Positions 42,733 to 56,087 of a DNA stretch of 64,000 bases are shown one piece after another; positions within the stretch are counted from its first letter, which is position 1, and each line of letters starts with the position of its first letter. The stretch lies in assembly GCF_009914755.1 (NCBI RefSeq), contig NC_060935.1, one strand, 5' to 3'. This DNA is from the human T2T-CHM13v2.0 reference genome, Homo sapiens. The notes under the pieces are model-generated. The model saw only the letters and a list, made by a program, of their open reading frames with translations. It had not been told where the DNA came from and searched no databases. The translations under genes were made by a program, and so were the position numbers.

Positions 42733-44579
42733 TTAATAAGTTCCAGAATTACCTAAATAGTTGTTTCACAAAAGTTAGTGGAATCAACAAAATGAAACTT
42801 TCCTCTACCTGATTTAGAAGGATATTTTAAAAGTCATTAGGAATGATACATCTTGGGAGTTTCTTGACTTTCAAAATATATAAAACTGGCAAGACGATCT
42901 CAGCAGAGAAAAGAGTTTCAAACCAATCTACCTTCTGACACTGCCTTGTGTCACTTTGTAAAGGTCATAGATATTTGAAATAAAATTTTCCTTGACATAA
43001 TAGAAAGTGAGTCCTGGCAAAATAATTATGAAATATTGATTTAGAGAAATCCAGTGGTTCAGGCATTCTGAGATAGGGGGACAGGGAGCCAAAAATTACT
43101 GGCTTGTGATGACTTGGCATTTTTTTAGCTTGCTTGAAACCATCTTTAGCTTCTGTGAATCCATAAGGCACATGCTCAGTACGTTTGGCTGAGTGTTCTG
43201 CTCCCAATAACATTTCTCCATAACTATTAACATAAAACCACCTCAAATTAATGGCTCTGCTAAATTGAACTTGACGTGGTTCAAAATGCAAGCCAATCTG
43301 TTTTCAATTCCACAATCACTCATCATTCTTGTTTTATTACTTCTAGAGGCAGAAGAAGCTTAAGATGTACTAACTTTGTTAAACAAAATCTGATTTTTGA
43401 CTCAACTGTCAGTCTTCACAGTTCAGCAAATTTTAAAAAATATTTTGCAGCATTTTCTATATTATCTCTGTAGACATTTATAGATAGTTCTCTTATATTT
43501 TACATGATATAGCTGAAAAAATTGTTAATTTTTGTAGACCACTAATGTATCTATCAATTCTTATTTTACTTTACACTCAACCAAAAATAAGAAGCCAAAC
43601 AATACAAAACCCCAAACCTCAAATGATAAAGTATTTATTTTACAAAAGCATTTTGCTTACTCTTTGAACACAGATTTGACATATCACCACCTTCATATTT
43701 AAAATGTCTTAGGGAAATAGTTCATGCCTACCATTAAGAAGGAGGTTTTATTTCATGAGATGCAGCAAATAAGGACACAAACAAAATACATCACAGCACA
43801 AACTCTTCTAAATCTCATCACTAACATCTAATTCTTCGCTGTAGAGCTCACCGTCTGCCCTACCTCCTGAGACCTGGATTCGTCTGTTTCTTTCTCCCAC
43901 AAGTCACCATTCTGCGTCTTCCTACTTGTTTAGTCCTAATATCTCTCTGTATAAAGTGTGTGTCCATTGTCATTAAAATATGTGTCCTGTTTCCCCTTGC
44001 TTATCACTTACTCCTCCTTTTGTATTATTCCAAGCCATTTAGCACTCACAGCTTAATAGAAGTATTTTTGGAAACAATATACTCAGTAATATATGGCCAA
44101 ATGTGCATGATCACATTTTGTAGGGAGCAATTAAGAATTGTGAAACAGCCCGGACTAATTTGGAGCCAAACTACCAGAACTGACTGACAAAAATGAGTAT
44201 TAATTATCGTGCCTTGCCTCTTCACTACAGCTGAGTTTAATTTTCATGGCCTTCATATTACCAAAGTAACACAAAAATGAACCACTCTTGTGGCTTTACC
44301 ATATGATGATAAAGGCGGAGCATTTGAATAAATATTGTAATTGAATGTTTTATGCTGTGTAGCTAACATTTGTCTCAAGTAGAAAAAAATAAGCTATATA
44401 AGCATTATATTCATGAGGTATCATGTGATAATTAAAAAGAAAAATGGAAAAATGTTTAGGACAAATGAAAAAACATGTAGACACACTTCAGATATATGCA
44501 TGCCAGGTGTTAATATGAAAAAAAGAATTGAACAGCAATATAAAGAAATAAAAAATATCTTTCTTTTAAGGTTGTAAGA

Positions 44580-45059
44580 TGTCAAAGTAAGAAGGCACTA
44601 CATGGAATTAAACAGGCAAGAAAAGCTTTATTCAAGACATTGCAATAAGGAAGAGGGATTGAATTCAACTCTGTTGAAACAAAAAGCAGGAGGGTTTTAA
44701 GTGCTGGGCTAACCTGGTAGAAAAGTGCTGGAAAATGTCGAGGAGAGGTTGGTCAATACGTTTCCTAATTGGTACTTGACAAAGTTAGACTCCTACCTTT
44801 TAATAGAAACTAGGAGAGTGTACCCTATCTTTCTTGGTTACATTTTGAAGAGATGGCTCCTAGGTCCTTGAAAATACATTTCTGAGCTATCAAACTGGCA
44901 AGCTGGAAGCATATTTACAGCCCAAAGGAGTAGAGAAAGAGTTTATAATTGTGTTTTAAAGTAAGTTATCTAAGAAAAGGGAATCCGGACCCAATAGTCA
45001 GGAGGAAAACTTTTTAAAGTTTAGTCAAGCCAAGAAGAACATTAAAGTCTTCTCGGGCA
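44580..45059 (-). mobile_element. MER67-type ERV1 solo LTR
   Basis: 'gatggctcctaggtccttga...ctaagaaaaggga...atagtcaggagga...aaagtttagtcaagc' matches antisense MER67; TG...CA ends. Confidence 0.8.
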
Positions 45060-45161
45060 AGAATCACAAGTAGTATTTTTCTACTGACTCTGTTTTTGTA
45101 ATACTATTTTGTTCCTATAATTAAAATCTAAAAAGCAACAAAAAATGTCCTATTTAATAAG

Positions 45162-45523
45162 TGCCTTAGTCTGCTCTCAGCTGCTAATAAAGACATACTT
45201 GAGACTGGGTAATTTATAAAGGAAAGAGATTTAATTGACTCACAGTTCCACATAACTGGGAAGGCCTCACAATCATAGCAGAAGGTGAACGAGGAGCAAA
45301 GTCACATCTTACATGGCAGCAGGCAAGAGAGCTTGCACAGGGGAACTCCCTTTATAAAACCATCAGATCTCATGAGACTTATTCACTACCACAAGAACAG
45401 CACGTGAAAGATCCATCCCCATGATTCAATTACCTCCCACTGTGTCCCTCCTACAACATGTGGGAATTATGGGAGCTACAATTCAAGATGAGACTTGGAT
45501 GGGGACACAGCCAAACCATATCA
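45162..45523 (-). mobile_element. THE1B solo LTR
   Basis: 'gctgctaataaagacatac...ggggacacagccaaaccatatca'. Confidence 0.94.
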
Positions 45524-46039
45524 TTAGGTTTTTAACTCACCAAAATGTTATTTTGAGTAAGAGTCAAGACGATCATTCACATGGCTATTTCTTAGAATAA
45601 CTTTATATGGTTGGTGAGTGCAATATTCCCTACTGTAGACCAACTTTGAAGGCACCAATGGAACAGATCTGAGGATATTCATTGCCCCTACTTTTGGCTT
45701 TCTAATTCCTCAGTAAGTAAAATATCAGATTACTGGATGGGTCTGTACATTATAATCATCAAAATGAGTAAACACAACCACAGAATTCTCTTGGCTAATT
45801 CTTTTCACTTTCTTTAATTATCTTTCCCACTAAAAATTTCAATGTTCATTAAGCAAAGCTGCTCTAAGTAGCTTCTGTCACTCCAGTTAACTATTAAGTA
45901 TTTAAACCTGTACTTCTGAAGACCATTTCATATGAGTTCACGTTTACTCATATCATGAGTCTGACAATATTACAGGGTTATCATACTTTTACCCAGGAGC
46001 TTTTAGTCTAAGCTGCATTTCATTTTACAAGAACCACTG

Positions 46040-46240
46040 TGATAATAGGCTAAAAGTCTTGACCAGGGAATAAAGAGAACTGGTTTCTTGTCCCAGCTCC
46101 ATGATGAAATAGGTACATAACACTAACCAAGTCTTGTCACATCCCTGGCCTAATAGCACAGTTCCAAATCTGTAAAATGAAAGTGTTAAGCTTCAAAATT
46201 GCTAAGACCTCTTTCAGCTGTAATATCTTATGATTCTAAG
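46040..46240 (+). mobile_element. MIR (MIR3/MIRc-like)
   Basis: 'cagttccaaatctgtaaaatga...ctctttcagctgtaatatcttatgattct'. Confidence 0.6.
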
Positions 46241-49200
46241 ATTCTACCACCTTGCAAGATCCTTGTGAGGCAAAAGTTAGTTTATGTTTGTTCAAGTTTT
46301 AGATAACATAGAACTCTGCACTCTAAAAGAGTCAAAAGACTAATGACGGCGGCAGTTTTAGAATAAGGATCCACCATCCTTGAAAGCACTCTTTAGTGAA
46401 CCAGGCACAGGGCCATTTTAATTTCCCTAAGCCCGTTCTATGGAAGTTTCTAGAAATAATCATATTGCCAAGCTTTAACTCTTAATTAACAGCTGAGTTT
46501 TAAGTGTCAATTTACTGTTTGTATAGGGCCCACTCAGTTTCCATCATATTACAAAATATATATACGACCTAGTAAGATATTCACCAGTGTCCACTCACTG
46601 TATAAATATATAAGGAAAGAAATTAATATGAATTTATTCATCCTTTTTATTAATATTTTATGCAGTTGACAGCAACTTCATGGATTTGAACACATAAATG
46701 AAAAGGCATGGGAGGCATTTTACTTATTTAGGTAGTACATGTGCCTGGTTTGTACATAGAATCAAGAAACCCTTTTTCCAATAAATGCACACCAACCCAT
46801 CACCTTCATTTTTCAAAGTCGGGAATCATTGGTCTACGTGGATCAATCAGTACTGAGTTTGACATATATTCATTTTAATGGAGTGGAGAGAAACGTCTTC
46901 AAATTCCTGAAGTATTGTTTAGCTCAGGTCACATTTAAAGTCTGAGTAATCATAAATGCAAGACCCAAACCTAAATAAAATGGACTAGTCATCTAAAGAG
47001 AAATACATCCTTTGTGATATACCCCCAAATCAGAATTGCTCAAATGACAGAAGTCACATTTTATGAGTTGTGCTCTTAGCTGGTTACCCAAGGGGCCATA
47101 ATATTAATATTTCCCTTCAGAAATTTGTATAACTGACTCTCTTTACTCCAAGACCATCTACTCCTGAGGAACAATGTGTAAGGAATTTGGATGTGAGGTG
47201 GTTTAAAACAGCCCCTGCTGAAACTTGCTAGAGAAAGCACTGAAAATTCCACCTGCTCCATGGCATAGAATTTTCCTCAAAATTCACATTCTTTGACAAT
47301 GGCAAAGCTTTTTAATTTAAAATGCTTCTAACCATTCTTGCTTTGCTTCAGTGGACTGTGGTTATAAAACTTTTATCATCCTAGACTGCCAAATAGAATA
47401 TATCAAGCAACTGATTCCATCACAGCCCTTGTTCCCCAAGTGGAAAACCAAGGTTGTATGACATCTGAGTCTGAGAACATTTCAGAATGTTAAAACGATT
47501 AAACTTACTGTGTGTTTAGTGTGCACAGAAAACTGCTTATTTTCCTGAGTTTCTTGCAAGGGTAAAATTAACCTATGAAAAACTAAAGAGGTAATGCAAG
47601 TTAGAATACTATACCATTCCCTAAAAGCTCAACAAGGCTTGGAATTTTCCCCTGCCAGTGTTCCAATGAACAGCTATTTGGATACCTGCCAAATGAATGA
47701 AGCACAATACAGATGGATCTTCTTCTCTTGTTTTCTGAATTATATTCCTCAAGTTGTTTGTCTTTAACCTTCAGAAAGCCTTGTGCCTTTATCATCTAAA
47801 ACGATCTGAGCTGGGTGGTGCTTAGAAGTAATTTTAAAATACTGTCAACTAATAAAAACAAACACAATAGTGACAGAAAGCTCAAAGACCTGGCTATAGT
47901 AGAGATTTTAAAGGGAATGACCCCAGAGGAAAACCAACTGATCTTGGTTTATTTATCCCAGGCAATAAATCACCATCTAGACAAATTGAGGCATATTGAG
48001 ACTTGGTTGCTTAATGGATAATCCATTGACCTTTTAATCCCCTTAAATCTTTTTCTGTATTCATTTTTATGTACCAGGCAGCATGTTGCATGCCAGGCAA
48101 ATTTGTTGTTCCAGGAAGAGGTGAAATTGTAAAAGAGAACAACTGTGGAACCATAGCTATTATTCCCCCCTCTGACATCCTCCTGATACCCTGGAAAAAT
48201 TGAGAATAAGGGTAGAAGGGAATTTTTCATAGCATATTATGTAAAAAAAAATTACCCTTTCTATAACTCTTAAGCTAAACACAGATTAAACAACTCTGCT
48301 AAGTCCCAGTATGCTGCCAACTACGTGTCTGGATCAAGTGGGAATGCCTTGATTCTCTAGATGTGCCCTTCTAGGAGTCAGCCTACAATAGCAATCTGAA
48401 TTCAGGTAGTCAATACAACTTCTTTCTCAACCACAAGAAGCAGAGTAGCTTGATAATATCAAATATACCAAATTGAAAGCTCATTTTAGGAAAAACAAAA
48501 GGGCAACTTCTTTGGAGTATCTGTAACAAGAAGGAAACATTTTTAAAATCTAAAGCTCTGAATATGATAAAATGTATTTTATAAAAATAAATTCCAAATG
48601 GTAGTTTAACAGAAAGCAGATTGATATTTTAAAGGCTGGCTCTGTCTGTTTGTGTCTTTATCCAAAGCATTCTCACCTTTTACAGAAACACAGTATTGCT
48701 GCCAACACTCCCGCATAGCTCAGTCACCCCGGGTGATAACATAACCAAGTATTGTGTTCAGAGTAATCAATCAATCAATCCATCCAGGAAAATGAGCAAG
48801 TCTCACTCAGCAGGTTCCCACTCTACAGGAAGTAACACACTATTGTTCTTACTCTCCTGAACCTTATCCAAATCAGTAAACCAATCAGTTACTCCCTCAT
48901 ACTACCACTGTTGGTAGATAAAATGATAATTGCATTGTTTCGTCAACCATTCCAAACATCAACTGGCATCAAGACCCACCATGCTGCACAATGCCCATCT
49001 GTGCAGTTGTACTGAGTTAGAAATCCAAAAAAGGAAAGTGGTTACAGCAAACCCAGAGATTAATTTAAAAAAATTGATTCATAGCATTAAAAAGTAATCA
49101 GCATCTATCCACACAGATCAACTCATATGTAGAAAGGAGATTTATTCAGTTTTGGACAATAGAGGAACATTTCATTAACATTAAAATAACCACCTCTCAT

Positions 49201-49869
49201 ATCATGCGTGTTGTCTTACATTGAGAGGAAGTGATCAAAGTCTGTTTAGATCACCCTGAAAATCTACAACAATTTAAGGCCATAGACCATAAAAATCTTT
49301 CAGAACAGAAAATGTCTTTATGCAATTAATCAAGATATTGAAGTTCAAGAGTGACTTCTAATGGTCATGTGGCTACTTAGTGGAACAGTACACATTATAT
49401 ATAAAGCTCCAGAGGTCTTCAGACCTAATTTCTCTTTATTATACCAAACATGCAAGATGATCATAGGTTATTGGCATTTTAAGCTTTCATTAAGAAGCTT
49501 GATAGAAAATACAAAAATTGAGATAAAGGTGGGACCCAATCTAAAAGGAAAACTTATCACTAAATATCAAACAACCAAACCACCATGAACACCCATGAGT
49601 GTTCAGGGTTTGTTCTTGTGTTGGCGTTGTGGTAGATAAAACAGTACTATCACACACTGAGTATCCCACTAAGTTCAAACAACCAGCCATCACCCCCTAC
49701 AAAAAATCAGAGAACAAAATAGTGTATAATACAGCTCAACTATTTAGTAGGAGAAATAAGTGGAAAAGAACTTGGAAAGGTGAAAAATGTGAAAGACAAG
49801 AAATATACTATAAAAAGTTGGAGTTGTGGTTAAAAAGAAAAGAGTAAGATTCAAAATGCAGCCCCACCA

Positions 49870-50230
49870 TCAGGCTGAGACACAATCACATTCCACACAG
49901 AAATAGATGGCACACTTAACTTGGTTAATTTCAGGAGGAAATATTTATAAAGGTGTAGCTAGCTGTTGGGAAGCCATGAGGTATGGTTCAGTGCCTACCT
50001 GAGTGATAGAAGAACACCAGTTATTTTCACTAGGTCTGAAGAGATTTGCAGAACATAAAGATAGAGAATTCTGATATTTAGTGAACACTGGTTTATGACT
50101 TATACACATCTTGCTTTCTTCCTACCATTTCCTGCCAATGGGCATTAAGCTGGGAAAATCCAACAGGTCACCAGGGGGCAAAGGAGCTGGAAGGTGAAGA
50201 GTGAATCTGGGGAGACAATAAGATGTAGGC
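49870..50230 (-). mobile_element. LTR33-like ERVL LTR fragment
   Basis: 'gaaatagatggcacact...tatttataaaggtgt...ccagggggcaaaggagc...gagtgaatctgg'. Confidence 0.65.
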
Positions 50231-52179
50231 CGATACTAAAAACTATTTCCAAATGTGTCTTTCTGTTCTCATCCATGGCTCTACTTTGCCAGAGTGACTT
50301 TGTTCATATCTGCCACCTCCCTGCATCTAGCTCAGCTTTCACTGTTTTCATGAAAATTTACCAATCCTTCATATGAAATTAGTTAGTAATGCCTGCCTCA
50401 GAGGAAGTGTGCAATAAATATGAGTTCTTTTTCTTTTCCTGTATCTATAAATCCATTTTTTCATGGTGTGTTTGCGTGCTTAAATTTTTTTATTATTTAG
50501 AAAAAGAAAGAAAAGCCTCATGAGCTAGGTAACGATATATAATTCTAAAACAAAACTTGTAGATTAGTAAGTAAAGACTGAATGAGTCAGTATACAAAAA
50601 AAGAATAAGAGGAACCCGATTTCAACACATGGTGCTGAAATATAATATCTGAGTTTCTGTGATGGCTTTAACCGGAGTATGCAGATCCCTGATCGCCTAG
50701 GGAATAAATTGCAGGATAATTAAACTCCTGAAGAATCAATAGATTTTCCAGAAAGCTTACATTATATATTTGGTATTCTAGTTATGGCATTGAGTGTTAG
50801 GAAGGCTTGATATATCTTCAAGGGAAGAAGACACTGGTATATGTTAGCCTTCACGAGTTCTCTAAGAACTTGGCAATCTATTTCATACCACCTACCCTTC
50901 TCTCTGACACTTGAATAGGCCAGGACAAGTAGCAACACAAACAGATCTGATATAATTTTAAAATGTTTTAATATCTATATTATCTCATGACATAAGAAAG
51001 ACAACTGAAGAAAACATCTGGATAGATCTTAAAATAGTCTTTGGATTTTACCTTATTGTGTTTTAATTTTTTTTCCTTTACAGTCATGTGTAACATCTAA
51101 CTTGCTAAATATATATAAATATTGAGAACAAGAGTATGTTTATATCTTATAGAAGGAAGGAACTCAATAAATTTTAGCTGAATTGAGGAAAAATGTAATT
51201 GACATAAAAATCAACTAGTTTCACTGGGATTAAATAAAACATAGGCATTTTTACTAATGAACAGCAACATCAAAATTTGCCCATTAACACTCTAGAATAT
51301 GTTATGCCTTCAACTTGAAATTAGGATGCCCTGATATTAGACAATGTCTGCCTTTGGCTCTCAGAGCTGAGTTGTACTGGGGTGGCTGGTATGAAAATAA
51401 TCCCCACTGTTTCTAGTACAAATAATCTAAAAATAAACATACTTCCCACTTTTTGCTGGGGGTTGTAAATTAAGCAACATGGCTTAGAAGTTTCAGCTCA
51501 CCATTTATTTAGACAGAATGGATGCTAAAGAAATTTGCTTGCTAAAAAGCATCCGTAAGAGCAGACTATATCCTTTCTAATCTCTGTATCATATACTGAG
51601 CACAACTTTAATCAGTAACAGTTGATTTTGTTGAGGGCAGTGAGAGTTTATTTGAAAGGAACCTTAAAAGTCTGGTGAGTTCGAACTTCTCAAGTAGAGA
51701 TAACTCAGAGACCCTTTATTGATCACAGATTCTTCTTCTCTTTCCCACATAAAGAACATTTTCAAATCTCTCTTCTAGTATTTTGTGTTATTTTTCTCAT
51801 GAAAGACATCAGCACATGTGAGTTAACTTTTTAATTTCCTGGTAGACATGGTTGTATTACTTAACTATCTAACATTATTCTTATAAAATTTACATTCCCT
51901 ATAGATTTTGGAAATGTGTACATGGTCAGATTAATTTATTCTTGTCTCTAAGTATCTTTTATGAAACAATTATATCTAGAAGCTGATTTTAAGGAATACA
52001 AGTATTCCTTATTTTTCTTTCTAAGCTCTGCGTATTAGGCTTGACAATCTGGGATACAGAAAAAGAAGGCATTGTTTAATCACATATGCGCAAATGCAGT
52101 TTAGACTTTTAAAGTAAATCACTCTATTGTGAGCCACACTGGACCTAATCATGTCTGATTTATGAAGTATGGCCTGTTG

Positions 52180-52620
52180 TAAGTTAGCAGAACATTCTCA
52201 GGCCAGTCAAACATCCTGGGTTTCAGACTAGTCTCTAAATCTTACTACTGTGTAGCTGCGAACTATTTACTTATCCATCTTTGAACTTCACTCTTCTTGC
52301 AAAGTGTAGTAAGATAATTTCTTTGGTGGTTTTTTTTTAAAAATCAAATAAGATAAAGAAAATATATGCATTTTAAAAGACTGTTAGTTAATTATAAGCC
52401 AATAGACCTTTATGAGTCCAATTCCCTGCGTTCTGTTAATATGCCATTTTTAATCTAGTGAATTTTTTGGTGCAGTGAAGATTGGACTTTGGCATCTAAT
52501 ATCTGTAGGTGCAAATCTCAGGTTTGCTACTCTACAGCTGTATAACTTTGGACAAATTTCTTAAGCCCTCTGGAGATTACTTTTTGTCATTTTTTAAATG
52601 AAAGAATTAGGACTTTTTCA
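52180..52620 (+). mobile_element. Two MIR fragments
   Basis: 'cctgggtttca...cttactactgtgt' and 'cagctgtataactttggacaaatttcttaagccctct'. Confidence 0.55.
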
Positions 52621-52769
52621 TAGGGATATGCTGCCTTTCACATAGTAGTCTGTCGTCTGTCATTAACTACTTGTTTATAACTTTCTTCAATTGTACTCTT
52701 TCCCCAAAATACGTAATGCAAAGATACCTTGCCTGTTTCTAGATCCTACAATTTAGAAACTGAGAACTC

Positions 52770-53070
52770 ACAAAAGTTTACAAGAGTTACAAGGAGAGTT
52801 AATGGCTTGGAAAATAGGATATGTGAAGGAAGCTTTAAAGACACTGGATCATTTGATACTTCGCAGAAAACCAAGGGTGGAATTCAAAATGTCTTCTTAG
52901 AAATAAAGATAAAGAAATGAAATGAAGATCGTCTCCGTCCATTCATGAAGATGAGAGACAAGCAGTGAGATTGACTGCAGTTGCATAATTTTCCAGTTAA
53001 GGATGCCAGGTGGAATACAGAAATCAAATCTTTACTTCCTCTAAGACCCACTGTTAAGCACCATAAGGAC
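52770..53070 (+). mobile_element. CR1/L3 3' fragment
   Basis: 'ggcttggaaaataggatatgtgaaggaagctttaaagacactggatcattt' resembles the CR1 RT C-terminus (GLEN..YEERLKELGLF). Confidence 0.55.
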
Positions 53071-53087
53071 AGTACAGGAAAAAATAT

Positions 53088-53141
53088 ATATAATGTGTAT
53101 ATATAGATGTATATATATGTGTACACACATATATATATATA
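53088..53141. repeat. (TA)-rich compound microsatellite
   Basis: Visible. Confidence 0.8.
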
Positions 53142-53450
53142 AATAAAATAGTTTTTCTTTTCTTGAAGGTAATAAGCCACAAGGAAAAAGATAATGGGGA
53201 ATAACAAAAACAAAACTTAGGAAGATAGATAGGAAAAAGACAAGTGGTAACTGATTGAGCAGAATGAAAAAGTTGAACCCAAACCTAGCAGTAGAGAATA
53301 GTGATAACCTCATTCATACCACAGAACTTGCTATTCTCCAGGTACCTAAAAGTTTCAATGCAGAAGCCCAAGCCAGGAAAATTGACTGAAAGTATGTATA
53401 AGACATTATTAGATCTTCCCCTAGTCTTCATAGCCTGGTAACTGTACTTT

Positions 53451-53524
53451 CTCTTCTTAGGCAGTATATTGGGTATTTATTATTATTCTCTTTTAAGGCA
53501 GAATATTGGGTATTTATTATTATT
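53451..53524. repeat. 37-bp tandem duplication (34/37 identical)
   Basis: ctcttcttaggcagtatattgggtatttattattatt / ctcttttaaggcagaatattgggtatttattattatt. Confidence 0.9.
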
Positions 53525-53547
53525 TTGCCAGCATAAATGGAGGATCT

Positions 53548-53905
53548 GCTGTTTTGAAAGTTTGTGCTCCTCCAAAATTCATGTTGAAACTTCATTCCCA
53601 ATGTAATAGTATTAAGACATAGGGCCTTTAGGTGGTGATTAAGTCCTAGGGGCTTGACAGAGTCTTGTCCCCCTTTTGACAACCCTTACCCTTCTGCCAG
53701 GTGAGAACACTGCATTCACCTTTTCCACCGCAGCAACAAGGCACCACCTTTGAAGCAGAGAGTAAGCTTTCATCAGACAGCTAATCTGCTGAAGTCTTGG
53801 TTTTAAACTTCCTGGCCTTCAGAACAGTTGAAGAATAAATTTTTATTATTTATAAATGACCCAGTATAAGGTATTTTTTTTGTAGCAGTAGGAACATACT
53901 AAAAT
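53548..53905 (+). mobile_element. MST (C/D-type) MaLR solo LTR
   Basis: 'ctccaaaattcatgttgaaactt...gcaacaaggcacca...tttataaatgacccagt...tgtagcag'. Confidence 0.82.
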
Positions 53906-54037
53906 CAAGTCTCTGAACTGGGTGACATTAGACACATTTGAAAGTGGAATAGCAAATGGGAAATAGAGGGATTAAGTTGAATTAGAGGTACTGAGTGGAG
54001 AAATTCCTCAATCTTCTTCCCCCATTTGGCTCACAGA

Positions 54038-54172
54038 TAGGGTGAATATATAATTTATAATTCAAGCCAGTGCACTCTTGAGAAAAAAAGGAAATACTAT
54101 TAATAGTTATTTATTTTAGAACATGTTATAAAGTACACATCTACCAGGAAAACTGGGGCTTGTAGGGGGCTA
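54038..54172. mobile_element. MER81 (hAT-Blackjack MITE)
   Basis: 'tagggtgaatatataatttat...gcactcttgaga...ctattaatagtta'. Confidence 0.6.
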
Positions 54173-54655
54173 TGGGCTTCATTCCTCGAACTCTAGTGGG
54201 CAGAGAGATTAGACATCTTGTCTGAGGGACACTGAAGAATGCAAGAGAAAATACGTAAAGAGGAAAACATTCAGGATTTCCAAAGGAAACAGCATGATCA
54301 GCTGGTTCTGCAGTGGAGATCATATTCAATGTGTTTTCACTATGAATAACATTCACAAATTAAAATAAGGTAAAACCTATATAAAGATTTTACTCAAATT
54401 TTAACCAAAACTGCTGGAAGAAATAAAAGTGTGCATGTCCAGGATGGAACTAGGGACATTCTAAAGGAGAGAAAAATCTTCATTCTCTGTGGGGAGAAGT
54501 CAATAGATAACACCCAAAGGTTAAAAATAAAATCCTGGAATAGAAGCAGGATTCTATTCTAAAATAAGTGAGATACACTTTAGAGAGTAGGAAATGATAG
54601 GATCAGGAACTCTTATTTTTATAACAAATCTAGTGCACTATTTGACCTTTTAACC

Positions 54656-54886
54656 TAAAGGCTGGCATACTATGGTCTTTGAGCCAAATTTCAATGGCCA
54701 GATTTTGTTTGAAAAAAATTAAAAAATTTTCCAGTGACACAGATATGCCCATTCATTTTCATATTTTCTGGCTGCTTACACAGTACAACTACAAAGTTGA
54801 ACAGTTGCAGTGGAGATTATATAGCCCACAGAATCTAAAATATCTATTATGTGGCACTATAGAGAAAAAGGTCTGCTGACTGCTAC
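54656..54886. mobile_element. MER58A (hAT-Charlie)
   Basis: 'ggcatactatgg...gcccattcatt...agttgaacagttgca...cccacagaatctaaaatat...aaaaggtctgctgac'. Confidence 0.8.
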
Positions 54887-56087
54887 CCTATACTACTACG
54901 GACATGAACAGTTGATTAAAAAAAAAAAAAAATAGAAAAATAGTGATGTCAAATACGTTCCAAACAGGGAACGCTTCTACGTACTGGAATGATGAGTTGA
55001 ACAAAATTGAGGGCTTCTCTTTCTTGGAGTCCTGCACGGACATAACTTTTTTATCCTCTAACGTATTATCAGTTATCCTACTTAAAGCCAGGATAACAAA
55101 ATGGTTGCTATATCCAAGAAAACATCTACTCTGTGCTTCAAATCAAGCAAAGCAAGTCCTTATTTTTTATTTTATTTTAGATATTCAACAGTTTTTGTTC
55201 AGTTGTCTATTTGGTTCAAAATATACATTGCAGGTTTTCTGGAAATGTTTTTGAAATAATAGCTTCTGTGTACCCACCCACAGGTCTATTAGCAAGAATA
55301 AAATAGGAGGTAAAAGTCTTCTGAAAATGTGGCTCTCAGAGGAACTCAATGACAGAGCCCAACAGTCATTGCTTACCTGAGAATTTAAGTGTTTTCCTCG
55401 GGGAGAATGCTGCCTAATATTTTATCGATGTCTTTCTTGTTCAATTGCTTTCATATCACATTATCTTAACACATCGCATGGCCTCTTAGTGTCATGTTGC
55501 TTATATGCTTCCTAATAAGCTACCTAGTTAAAACGACAACGACAACAAGCTACCATGTTTTGGTCACACAGGAAATAACACCTTACGAGGTCAATAGATT
55601 TTCATTCCTTGCCTCTATCTAAGGTTTCAACATCAGTCGTGTTAGAAATGAAATTTACTAACCAAAACTGTTGGTTTGAAAATAATTCTTTCAGAGCAAG
55701 TGAAACCTATGCTTCTGGGAGTACTTCATGCCAACATTTATTATTGATTTTTTGACTCAAAAATAACTTGAAAAAGAATTAACATCCGCACCCTCATCAC
55801 TATAAAATCACATGCAATAATTCAAGATTTGTGAACAAGTGAGTATTCTACTATTAAGAACAGTCTAAAAATGTAATTTTCATTTTCTGAGATCAAAATT
55901 TGGCCTTGACTAGAACATACAATTTTTCTCAGTGCCACAGATTCTGTAAAAGCCCTCTATTAATGTGTAGTAAGGGGGCATTTAGAGAAAGCGTCAAAAC
56001 ACCCGCAGTCTTGGTTTGGGCTTTATGATTATTGTGTATTTGTTAAGATAATTGTTTTCTGCTAGTGCCTGGAAACAAGTAAGGTTT

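Noticed and set aside
48075-48103. p53-like CATG half-sites
   Set aside because: The half-sites overlap with the wrong phase and lack RRR/YYY flanks.
53054-53073. REST/NRSE-like 'ttaagcaccataaggacagt'
   Set aside because: Half-site spacing is 4 rather than the canonical 2, and the left half is mismatched.
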